A stretch of 44,583 nt of DNA from Gemmatimonadales bacterium (lineage in GTDB: Bacteria > Gemmatimonadota > Gemmatimonadetes > Gemmatimonadales > GWC2-71-9): positions 1 through 44,583 of the forward strand of contig DASUVR010000139.1 in assembly GCA_036378855.1 (NCBI GenBank). The letters run 5' to 3'. The notes under the pieces are model-generated. The model saw only the letters and a program-made list of their open reading frames with translations, had not been told where the DNA came from and did no database searches. The position numbers were made by a program, and so were the translations under genes. This document shows positions 27,101-36,412 of this stretch, in pieces (the stretch's first letter is position 1; each line of letters begins with the position of its first letter).

Positions 27101-30100
27101 ACTTCACCGAGTTGTTCATCCGCCGTCCGGTCATGACCACGCTGGTCATGGCCGGGATCCTGATCTTTGGCCTGGTGGCGTACCGGCAGTTGCCGGTGAG
27201 CGACTTGCCCGCCGTGGACTATCCCACGATCTCGGTGTCGGCCAGCCTGTCTGGCGCCAGTCCGGAGACCATGGCGTCGTCGGTTGCAACCCCGCTGGAG
27301 AAGCAGTTCTCCACCATCCCCGGGGTGGAGACCATGACCTCCACCAGCACCCAGGGCAGCTCTCAGATCTCCCTGCAATTTGCGTTGAGCCGCGATATCG
27401 ACGCCGCCGCCCAGGACGTACAGGCGGCTATCTCCCAGGCGCAGCGCCAGCTGCCCCGGGACGTGCTGCCTCCCAGCTTTCGGAAGGTGGACCCGTCGTC
27501 CTCGCCCATCCTGTACTACGCATTGCGCACCACCACGCTCCCGCTGCCCCAGCTCAACGAGTACGCCGAAACGTTCCTGGCGCAGCGCCTGTCCACCGTA
27601 GAGGGCGTGGCCCAGGTGCAGGTGTACGGCTCGATGAAGTACGCCGTCCGGATTCAGATCGATCCCCAGGAATTGGCCTCCCGCAACATCGGGATCGACG
27701 AGGTCTCGACCGCAGTCGAGAACGGCAACGTCAACCTGCCGACCGGAATTCTCTGGGGAACCGACAAGGCTTACTCGGTCGAAAGCCAGGGTCAGCTCAA
27801 CAACGCCGCGGACTTCGGCGCCCTGATCGTGACCTACCGCGACGGCGCGCCGGTGCGCCTCCGCGACCTCGGCCGAGTCATTGACAGCATTCAGGACACC
27901 AAGCGCGCCAGCTGGTTCAACGGGCAGCGCTCCGTGGTGTTGGCAGTGCAGCGGCAGCCCGGAACCAATACCGTGGCGGTGGCGGAGCGGGTCAAAGCCG
28001 AAGTCGAGCGGCTCCGTCCCCAGATCCCGCCCGCGATCGATATCGCCACCCTGAATGACCGTTCGCTCACGGTAAAGGCATCGGTCAGCGACGTGAAGTT
28101 CACCCTCTTCCTCGCGCTCTGTCTCGTGGTGATGGTGATCTTCCTCTTTCTCCGAAATCTTCGGGCAACCATGATCCCCAGTCTGGCGCTCCCCATGTCG
28201 CTGGTGGGGACGTTCGCGGTGATGTACCTGCTGGGGTATAGCCTGGACAATCTCTCGCTGATGGCACTCACCCTGGCCGTGGGGTTCGTGGTCGACGACG
28301 CTATCGTGGTGCTGGAGAACATCGTTCGACACATCGAGGCCGGAGAGCCGGTGATGCAGGCGGCCATCCGGGGCAGCCGGGAGATCAGCTTTACCGTGCT
28401 CTCGATGACTCTGTCCCTGGTGGCGGTATTCATTCCGGTGCTCTTTCTGGGCGGGCTGATCGGACGCCTGTTCCAGGAATTTGCCGTGACCATCGGTGTG
28501 GCCATTCTGGTGTCAGGAGTCATCTCGCTGACGCTTACCCCGATGCTCTGCAGCCGCTGGCTCCGGCCTCATGAGGCCAACGAGCAGCATGGCCGTTGGT
28601 ACCGGATGATCGAGACCGCGTGGGAGAAATCTCACGCCTGGTATCAGCGCAGCCTCAACTGGGTCATGAACCACCGGCTACTCACGATGGCCTTCAGCGG
28701 GGCCATCCTGATCGGCACGGTTCTGCTGGGCCGGATCGTGCCCAAGGGCTTCATTCCCAGCGAGGACCAGAGCCAACTCTACGCCACCACCGAGGCGGCT
28801 GAAGGCACCAGCTACGACGCCATGGTCAAGCACCAGCTCGCGGCTGCTGAGATTGTGCAGGAAGATCCCAACGTGGACGGGTTCATGTCCTCGGTCGGAG
28901 GTGGTGGCGGCTCCAGCGCGGTGAACCAGGGCCGGCTCATCCTCCATCTCAAGCCGCGAGATCAGCGAAAGATGTCGGCTGACGACGTGGCCCGGTCACT
29001 TACCCGGAAGCTGGCCGCGGTGCCCGGTATCCGGGCCTTCGTCCAGAACCCTCCGGTGATCAACATCGGCGGGCGCAGCTCGAAGAGCCTGTACCAGTTC
29101 ACGCTCCAGAGCTCGGATATCGATGCGCTGTACCAGAGCGCGGCCACGCTGGAGCAGCGGTTGCACGATGTTCCCGGTCTGACCGACGTCACCAGTGACC
29201 TGCAGATCAAGAACCCTCAGGTACAGGTGAGTATCGATCGCGATCGAGCCGCCGCCCTGGGCATCGACGTGAACCAGATCGAGAGTGCCCTGTACAATGC
29301 ATATGGTGCCCGACAGGTGAGTACCATCTATACGCCCAACGATCAGTACTGGGTGGTGATGGAGCTGCTGCCTCAGTATCAGCGGGATCTATCGGCGCTG
29401 AACCTGCTCCACATCAGCGGCCGCAACGGAGTCTCCGTTCCACTGGGCAGCCTGGCCAGGATCAGCCCCGGGACCGGCCCTCTCTCGGTGAATCACTCGG
29501 GCCAGCTCCCCTCGGTCACGCTCTCCTTCAATCTCGAGCCCGGCGTCTCCATCGGGGCGGCAGTCGAACGGGTGGAGCAAACCGCCCGGCAGGTTCTGCC
29601 GGCGAGTATCAGCACCAGCTTTGCCGGAACGGCTCAGGCTTTCCAGGCCGCCCAGCAGGGACTGCTGCTGCTCCTGGTGCTGGCCATCCTGGTGATCTAC
29701 CTGGTGCTCGGCATCCTGTACGAAAGCTTCATTCATCCACTGACCATTCTCTCGGGCCTGCCGTTCGCCGGGTTCGGCGCGCTGCTCGCACTGCTGATCT
29801 TCGGTCAGGACCTCAGTATCTACGCCTTCGTCGGCATCATCATGCTGATCGGGATCGTGAAGAAGAACGCGATCATGATGATCGACTTCGCGATCGAGGC
29901 CGAGCGGCGGGAGGGCACCACGGCCCGGAATGCGATTCTCGAAGCGGCAAGCGTGCGGTTCCGGCCCATCATGATGACGACGATGGCCGCCCTGGTGGGT
30001 ACCCTGCCGATTGCGCTGGGACACGGCGCCGGCGCCGAGTCTCGGCGGCCGCTGGGCATTGCGGTGGTGGGAGGCCTCCTGTTCTCCCAGTTGATTACGC

Positions 30101-30234
30101 TCTACATCACGCCGGTGGTCTACACCTACATGGATGCCTGGCAGCAGCGGCTGGCCCGCCGCCGAGTCCGGGCACCCCAGGGCTACCCTGAAGCGGCTGC
30201 AGCAGACGCCAGGGTGGCTGAGGCAGCCAGATGA
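27097..30234 (+). CDS. RND multidrug efflux permease (HAE1, AcrB/MdtB/MdtC-like)
   Basis: 1045-aa ORF. '[45 protein letters not shown]' is the canonical N-terminus, with 12 TM segments and two large loops. ATGA overlap with the adaptor gene. Confidence 0.95.
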   Translation: [1045 protein letters not shown]

Positions 30235-31532
30235 GCCCCCGCCCTACCCTGCTGCGGGCGTTACGACATCGGAACTACCGGCTGTTCGTCAGCGGGCAGC
30301 TCGTCTCGCTCATCGGCACCTGGATGCAGACCGTGGCCGAAAGCTGGCTGGTCTACCGGCTGACGGGTTCCGCTTTCCTGCTCGGCGCCGTGGCCTTCGC
30401 CAATCGCATTCCTGTCTTCCTCTTTTCCAGCGTGGGTGGCGCGATCGCAGACCGGTACAACCGTCATCACATCGTGATCGCCACCCAGGCCGCTTCCATG
30501 CTGTTGGCATCCCTCCTGGCAGTGCTGACGCTGACCCACGTGGTGCAGGTCTGGCACCTCATGGCGATCGCCACGCTATTGGGTATTGTGAATGCCTTCG
30601 ACATCCCGGGCCGTCAGGCGTTCGTAGTCGAGCTGGTGGCCCGGGAAGATCTGCAGAACGCCATTGCTCTGAACTCCTCCATGTTCAACGGGGCCCGGGT
30701 GGTGGGTCCGGCGGTCGCCGGGGTCTTGGTGGCAGCGGTAGGAGAAGGTTGGTGTTTCTTTGCCAATGCGGTCAGCTACATCGCGGTTATCGCCGGACTG
30801 TTGCTCATGCGGGTCCCGCCGGTCGTCAAGTCTGAGCGGCCGGCATCCATGCTGGCTCATGTCACCGAGGGTTTTCGCTTTGTCCTCCGCTCCCGCCCGA
30901 TCGCAGCCCTGCTTCTGCTGATCGGGCTGGTCAGCCTCATGGGGACCCCCTATTCGACGCTGATGCCTATCATCGCGGACCAGACGTTCCACGCCGGATC
31001 TCGAGGGCTGGGTATTCTGATGGGTGCGGCGGGCGTAGGTGCTCTGATTGGCGCCTTGAGCCTCGCTCAACGGGTCGGGCTCAAGGGCTACGGCCGGAGC
31101 ATTGGTTGGGCTTCCATCGGCTTCGGCTTGAGCATGATCGCGTTTTCTTTCATGCGGCAATTTTGGCTGGGCGTACTGTTCCTGGTGCCTGCGGGCTTCG
31201 CGATGATGACGCAAATGGCGGCATCAAACACCCTGGTCCAGTCGATGACTCCCAATTCCCTCAGGGGACGGGTAATGGCTGTGTACTCGATGATGTTCAT
31301 GGGTATGGCCCCGATCGGCGCGCTGCTCGCGGGCATCCTGGCCGGCTGGCTCGGCGCCACGAGAACCGTCGGCCTGGGAGGCGCCTTTTGTCTGGTGGGC
31401 GGAGCGGTGTTCCTCAACCGTCTGCCGACAATCCGGGAAGAGGCCCGCCACCTGATTCGGGCGCAGGAGCAGATCACCACCGGTCCAGCCGCAGATCTCG
31501 AACCCTCTCTCCCGGCAACGGCGGCAACATGA
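30231..31532 (+). CDS. MFS transporter, EntS/MFS_3-like exporter
   Basis: 433-aa ORF. 'RNYRLFVSGQLVSLIGTWMQTVAESWLVYRLTGS' N-terminus is typical of the family, with about 12 TM segments. ATGA overlaps at both ends. Confidence 0.85.
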   Translation: MSPRPTLLRALRHRNYRLFVSGQLVSLIGTWMQTVAESWLVYRLTGSAFLLGAVAFANRIPVFLFSSVGGAIADRYNRHHIVIATQAASMLLASLLAVLTLTHVVQVWHLMAIATLLGIVNAFDIPGRQAFVVELVAREDLQNAIALNSSMFNGARVVGPAVAGVLVAAVGEGWCFFANAVSYIAVIAGLLLMRVPPVVKSERPASMLAHVTEGFRFVLRSRPIAALLLLIGLVSLMGTPYSTLMPIIADQTFHAGSRGLGILMGAAGVGALIGALSLAQRVGLKGYGRSIGWASIGFGLSMIAFSFMRQFWLGVLFLVPAGFAMMTQMAASNTLVQSMTPNSLRGRVMAVYSMMFMGMAPIGALLAGILAGWLGATRTVGLGGAFCLVGGAVFLNRLPTIREEARHLIRAQEQITTGPAADLEPSLPATAAT

Positions 31533-32554
31533 GCGCCACCTCCGATCGTTCCGTTGCCGAGCTGCGGCCCGAGTCCGGAGCTGTTGCCGCTCCACCCTCG
31601 CCGGAGGACACCCGGCTCTTTCAGGAAGTGCGCCAGGAGATTGGGAAGGTCATCGTGGGCCAGCACACCACGGTCGAACGCCTGCTCACCGCTCTGCTGG
31701 CCGACGGGCATGTCCTGCTCGAAGGGGTCCCCGGTCTGGCAAAAACCTTGGCAGTGAGAACCCTGGCCACGACCATAAGCGGGATATTTCACCGGATTCA
31801 ATTCACTCCGGATCTGCTGCCGTCCGACCTGATCGGCACCATGATCTACAACCAGCGGTCCGGCGACTTTACGGTTCAGCAGGGCCCGATCTTCGCCAAT
31901 ATCCTGCTGGCAGACGAGATCAATCGTTCCCCGGCCAAGGTCCAGAGCGCTCTGTTGGAAGCCATGCAGGAGAAGCAGGTCACCATCGGGGGCCAGACCT
32001 TTCCCCTGCCCGACTTGTTTCTGGTCCTCGCCACCCAGAATCCGATCGAGCACGAAGGGACCTACCCGCTGCCTGAAGCGCAGGTCGACCGATTCATGTT
32101 CAAGCTCCTGGTGAGCTACCCGGTGCGGGCCGAGGAGCGAGAGGTGCTCGACCGGATGACCACGGGCGCCGAGCCGGAGGCCAATCCGGTGCTCGACTCG
32201 GAGAATGTGATCCGTGCCCGCCGCGCCGCCGATCTGGTCTACGTGGACGGCCGGATCAAGGATTACGTGCTGGACGTGGTGGGAGCCACGCGTCAGCCGC
32301 AGTTGGCCGGGCTGCAGGATCTGGCCCCGATGATCGAGTACGGCGCTTCTCCCCGGGCCGCCATCTTTCTGATCCGGGCGGCTAAAGCGCACGCGTTTCT
32401 CCAGGGCCGGGGCTATGTGATCCCGGAAGACATCAAGGCCTTGGGCCTGGATGTCCTGCGGCACCGGCTCCTGCTCACCTATCGCGCCGACGCAGAAGGA
32501 CTCACTCCGGACGAAGTTCTCCGGCGCGTTTTCGAGAATGTGACGGTCCCGTGA
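31529..32554 (+). CDS. moxR: MoxR-family AAA+ ATPase
   Basis: Trimmed to ATG 31529. Walker A 'GVPGLAKT', Walker B 'ILLADEINR', sensor region 'ATQNPIEHEGTYPLPEAQVDRF'. Confidence 0.9.
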   Translation: MSATSDRSVAELRPESGAVAAPPSPEDTRLFQEVRQEIGKVIVGQHTTVERLLTALLADGHVLLEGVPGLAKTLAVRTLATTISGIFHRIQFTPDLLPSDLIGTMIYNQRSGDFTVQQGPIFANILLADEINRSPAKVQSALLEAMQEKQVTIGGQTFPLPDLFLVLATQNPIEHEGTYPLPEAQVDRFMFKLLVSYPVRAEEREVLDRMTTGAEPEANPVLDSENVIRARRAADLVYVDGRIKDYVLDVVGATRQPQLAGLQDLAPMIEYGASPRAAIFLIRAAKAHAFLQGRGYVIPEDIKALGLDVLRHRLLLTYRADAEGLTPDEVLRRVFENVTVP

Positions 32555-33432
32555 CTCCCGACGAGGTGATGGCGGAGGTGCGCCGCATCGAGATCACCAC
32601 CCGCCATCTGGTTCGCGACATTGTGGCCGGAGAGTATTCCAGCGCCTTTCGTGGCCGCGGCGTCGAATTTTCCGAGGTGCGCGAATATCAGCCCGGTGAT
32701 GACGTCCGCTCGATCGACTGGAATGTCACCGCCCGGCTGGGTTCCGCGTACGTCAAGCGTTATCTGGAGGAGCGCGAGCTCACGGTGCTCTTCGTGATTG
32801 ACGCCAGCGCCTCAGCCATGTTCGGTACCCGCCTGAGGACCAAGCACCGGCTTGGTGTCGAAGTCTCCGCCGTCCTGGCTCTGGCTGCTTCCCGCAACAA
32901 CGACCGGGTCGGGGCCGTGTGGGTCACCGACCAGGTGGAGCGGTTCGTGCCTCCTCGCCGGGGTCGCCGGCATGTGCTCCGAATCATCAACGACCTGCTC
33001 GCCTTCGAGCCTCAGCATCGGGGGACCGACCTGGCTGCCGGATTACGATTTGCCGATTCGATCCTGCGGCGGCGCTCGGTCGTTTTCCTGGTTTCGGATT
33101 TCCTTACCACCGGTCTAAGACCACCGCTGGAGCGGCTGGCCCGACGGCATGACGTGGTGGCGCTCCAATTGTACGACCAGCGCGAGAGGGAGCTGCCCGA
33201 CCTGGGGCTTATCACGCTGATCGATCCCGAATCGCAGACCCACCGGCTGGTCGATACCAGTCGCCCCCAGCTCCGGAAGCAGTTCGGAGAACGAGCGGAG
33301 GCGTTCGATCGCGCTCTCCAGCGTGATATTCGGGAATCGGGTGGAGATCTGGTTCGGCTGGAGACCGGACGGCCCTATGCCGAGCCGCTCATTGCCTTCT
33401 TCAGGAAGCGGGAGCGCGCCCAGCGACATTGA
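32551..33432 (+). CDS. DUF58 (VWA-like) protein, MoxR partner
   Basis: 'FRGRGVEFSEVREYQPGDDVRSIDWNVTAR' is the DUF58 hallmark, followed by 'VIDASASM'. GTGA overlap with moxR. Confidence 0.85.
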   Translation: MTPDEVMAEVRRIEITTRHLVRDIVAGEYSSAFRGRGVEFSEVREYQPGDDVRSIDWNVTARLGSAYVKRYLEERELTVLFVIDASASAMFGTRLRTKHRLGVEVSAVLALAASRNNDRVGAVWVTDQVERFVPPRRGRRHVLRIINDLLAFEPQHRGTDLAAGLRFADSILRRRSVVFLVSDFLTTGLRPPLERLARRHDVVALQLYDQRERELPDLGLITLIDPESQTHRLVDTSRPQLRKQFGERAEAFDRALQRDIRESGGDLVRLETGRPYAEPLIAFFRKRERAQRH

Positions 33433-33433
33433 T

Positions 33434-34417
33434 ATGAGATTGGCGCTCTTGGCGCTGTGTGCGCTTCTCCTGAGCCTGGCTTCGAGTCTCCTGCCTCCGC
33501 CCGCTCAGGCTCAGGTGGTATCCAACCAGGCATTCGAGATCACCAGCGGGACAGCCCACCCAACCGTGGGAGACACGGTCATCCTGAACTTCAGGGTTCG
33601 CCTGGATGAGCGGGATCTTCTGTTCGATACCGTTCCCCGGCCTATCGGAGCGGTGCCTCAGGGAGTGCGGATCCTGGCGGTGGAAAAGCTCGAGCGTACG
33701 CCGGACCGAATCTTCCATGGCCACGCCCGGCTCACCTTCTACCGGCCGGGACACCAGCCGGTCCCGATATTCGGCCTTCCTTTCATGCGTGCGGTCAAGG
33801 GAGTCCAGCGAGCCACTCTGGCCAGCGATTCGGCCTTTGTTGACATCGTTCCGCTCTTACCCGCGGGCAACCCGTCGCTCAAGGATATCGCCGGCCTGAA
33901 GCGTACCCCCGGTCCGCCGCTGGGGCCGTTCATTGCCGGGATCATTTTGCTGGCTGGGCTGACCGCGTTCTATCGTAGAAAACGCAAGGCAGCGGCACAC
34001 CCGAGCAAAGCGGAGCTCGACCTGCCTGCTCTGCCGGAAGAGGTGGCGCAGAGCCCATACGAGATTGCCATCCGGCAGCTGCAGAGGATCGAGCGGGAGG
34101 ATTGGCCCGCCCAAGGATTTCCGGCGCGGCACTACGCCGCGGTGACCGACACTCTTCGGGATTATCTCGAAGCAGCGGAGGATGTGCCGGCCCGGGAGCG
34201 CACCTCTGCCGAGGTGCTCTGGAGCTTGCCGCCTCACCTGACAGAGCCGGATCTGCGGCAGCGGCTGCAGCAAATCCTCGACGACGCCGACCGGGTGAAG
34301 TTCGCCCGAGTCAGACCGGACCCCATCGAGGCCCAGGATTTTCTGCGGCGCAGCCGGGCCCTACTGGAAGAGTGGCATCAGTGCTCCAAACCTGAGCTCA
34401 GCGATGCGATTCGCTGA
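33434..34417 (+). CDS. Membrane protein: periplasmic BatD-like N-domain, one TM helix, DUF4381-like cytoplasmic C-domain
   Basis: Start ATG 33434, 1 nt after the DUF58 stop. Signal peptide MRLALLALCALLLSLASS. TM helix 'GPFIAGIILLAGLTAFYRRKRK'. The C-terminal 'YEIAIRQLQRIE...TDTLRDYLE...RTSAEVL...ADRVKFARV' resembles DUF4381 of Bat operons. Confidence 0.5.
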   Translation: MRLALLALCALLLSLASSLLPPPAQAQVVSNQAFEITSGTAHPTVGDTVILNFRVRLDERDLLFDTVPRPIGAVPQGVRILAVEKLERTPDRIFHGHARLTFYRPGHQPVPIFGLPFMRAVKGVQRATLASDSAFVDIVPLLPAGNPSLKDIAGLKRTPGPPLGPFIAGIILLAGLTAFYRRKRKAAAHPSKAELDLPALPEEVAQSPYEIAIRQLQRIEREDWPAQGFPARHYAAVTDTLRDYLEAAEDVPARERTSAEVLWSLPPHLTEPDLRQRLQQILDDADRVKFARVRPDPIEAQDFLRRSRALLEEWHQCSKPELSDAIR

Positions 34418-35396
34418 TCCCTGGCTGCTGGGACTGCTGGCGCTGCCGGCTGGGCTGGCGCTCCTCTGGTGGGCTCGACGCCAGCGCCCGCCCGCAGCCC
34501 ATCTGGTGCTGCCCGATCTTCAGTTTCTCAGTGGAGCACAGGTGGGGCTCAAGGCGCGAGTGAGCCGGTGGCTTCCGGTGCTGCGGCTCCTGGGCCTTGC
34601 CCTGGCCATCGTTGCCCTGGCCAGACCCCAGGCGCCCCGCGACGTGCGGGAGATCCGGCTCCGCTCCCGGAACATCGTGGTGGCGCTCGACATCTCCAGC
34701 AGCATGAAAGCCGGAGATTTTCAGCCCGGCAATCGCCTGAGCGTGGCCCGCCGGGTGGTGAGCGACTTCATCCAGCAAAGACACGGAGATCTGATAGGAC
34801 TGGTGCTGTTTGCCGGCCGGGCTTTTCTGCAGGCGCCGCTCACCCCGGACCTCCAGCTGCTTCAAGCCACGATGAAGCGAGTGGACATAGGCCTGCTGCC
34901 GGACGGAACCGCCATTGGGACGGCCGTGGCGCTGGGACTGAACCAGCTCAAGGATCTTCCGGTCAAGGCGAGTACCATCGTCCTGATCACCGACGGCGCA
35001 AACAACACCGGCAAGCCCAGCCCGTTGCTGGCCGCCGAAGCTGCCCGCTCGCTGGGCGTTCGCATTCAAGCCATCGGACTCAGTACCCGGGATACCAGCA
35101 GCGTTGCTCTCAACGGTGTGTGGCGAGTCGGCAGTACCCTGCCCCGGCTCACCGGGCGGGACGAGGCCGCGCTGCAACGCATGGCTGAGCGCACCGGCGG
35201 CCGCTACTACCGGGCCACTGATCCCGAGGCACTTCAGGGCATCATGCGTGAGATCGACCGGCTGGAGCGGTCCGATGTACATGTCGCAGAAATACGGGAC
35301 TTCCGCGAGCTCTATCCTTTCTTTCTGCTCCCCGCGCTCCTTCTGCTCCTGCTGGAGTTGAACCTGCGCGCACTCTGGTTGCGGAGCTTGCCGTGA
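34404..35396 (+). CDS. batA: VWA-domain membrane protein BatA
   Basis: N-terminal 'FADPWLLGLLALP' plus TM segments. MIDAS motif 'VVALDISSSM' and 'LITDGANN'. C-terminal TM helix. Confidence 0.85.
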   Translation: MRFADPWLLGLLALPAGLALLWWARRQRPPAAHLVLPDLQFLSGAQVGLKARVSRWLPVLRLLGLALAIVALARPQAPRDVREIRLRSRNIVVALDISSSMKAGDFQPGNRLSVARRVVSDFIQQRHGDLIGLVLFAGRAFLQAPLTPDLQLLQATMKRVDIGLLPDGTAIGTAVALGLNQLKDLPVKASTIVLITDGANNTGKPSPLLAAEAARSLGVRIQAIGLSTRDTSSVALNGVWRVGSTLPRLTGRDEAALQRMAERTGGRYYRATDPEALQGIMREIDRLERSDVHVAEIRDFRELYPFFLLPALLLLLLELNLRALWLRSLP

Positions 35397-36412
35397 CCTC
35401 CCTCGGCTTCGGGGCACCGCTGTATCTGCTGGGCCTGGCGGTGATCGGACCAATCCTTGGATACGCGTTGATCAGGCAGGAGCGCAACCGGGTGGAGCGG
35501 CTGCAACGGTTCGGCGATGAGCCGCTGCTGCAACAGACCTCCCGGGTGCCCTCTCGGCGGCGGCGCATGGTCCGGGATGCTCTGACGCTTGCCGCTTTGC
35601 TGTTGATTCTCCTGGCGCTGGCTCGGCCGCAGTTCGGCGAGCGCCCGAGCGCCATGGGCCGGACCGGCCGCGACCTCCTGGTCGTTCTCGATCTCTCCCG
35701 CTCCATGAACGCGGCGGATGTGGAGCAGCAAAGCCGCCTGGCGGTTGCCAAGCAGCTCGTCCGAGACCTGCTTCGAGCCTCCCCGGGCCAGCGAGTCGGC
35801 CTCGTCGTCTTTGGGGGGAGCGCTTTTCTTCAGCTTCCGCTCACCGGCAACTACGCGGCCTTTCAACGTTTCCTCGACGCCGCCAGCACCGACGACCTGG
35901 GCGATCCAGCCACTGATCTGTCGAACGCGCTTATGGCCGCACATACCGCTTTCGAGCACGATGGTGAGCGGGGTTATCAGACCGTGCTCCTGGTCTCGGA
36001 TGGGGAGAGCGGCACCGGCGACATCGGGCCTGCGCTGAACCGGCTGGGTCAGGCTCGCATCCCCGTGCTCGCGGTAGGAGTGGGGACCACGGAGGGAGCG
36101 CCGGTTCCGGCCGACAGCAGTGAAGCGCCGGAGAAGTGGCACCGCGACCACATCGGTAGGATCGTGCTGTCCCGTCTGGAAGAGGGAGACCTCCGGCGAG
36201 CCGCTCGGGAGACCGGAGGCAGCTACTATCACTGGTCTCCCACGATCGCGCACGACCTCAGCGAGAGCCTGGCCCGCCTGGACCGCCGGGCCATCACTAC
36301 GGCCGACGCGATGGAGCGGGTCGATCGTTTCCAGTGGCCGCTCGGCTTGGCGATAGGCCTGCTGGTTCTGATTCCGCTGACCGGCGGGCGGACACCGAGG
36401 ACCGGGCCGTGA
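35393..36412 (+). CDS. batB: VWA-domain membrane protein BatB
   Basis: GTG 35393 (GTGA overlap). MIDAS motif 'LVVLDLSRSM' and 'LVSDGESG'. N- and C-terminal TM helices. Confidence 0.8.
   Translation: MTSLGFGAPLYLLGLAVIGPILGYALIRQERNRVERLQRFGDEPLLQQTSRVPSRRRRMVRDALTLAALLLILLALARPQFGERPSAMGRTGRDLLVVLDLSRSMNAADVEQQSRLAVAKQLVRDLLRASPGQRVGLVVFGGSAFLQLPLTGNYAAFQRFLDAASTDDLGDPATDLSNALMAAHTAFEHDGERGYQTVLLVSDGESGTGDIGPALNRLGQARIPVLAVGVGTTEGAPVPADSSEAPEKWHRDHIGRIVLSRLEEGDLRRAARETGGSYYHWSPTIAHDLSESLARLDRRAITTADAMERVDRFQWPLGLAIGLLVLIPLTGGRTPRTGP

Noticed and set aside
27055-28332. Long antisense or alternative-frame ORFs inside well-supported genes. Examples: 27055-28332 (425 aa, antisense to the RND permease), 31088-32464 (458 aa, antisense to moxR), 35312-36697 (461 aa, antisense to batB), 5984-7279 (431 aa, antisense to the ATP-grasp gene), and 1131-2210.
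   Set aside because: Their products are Arg/Gly/Pro/His-rich and low-complexity, with no motifs. Each overlaps a gene with clear family signatures. Stop-codon scarcity in GC-rich DNA produces such ORFs routinely.
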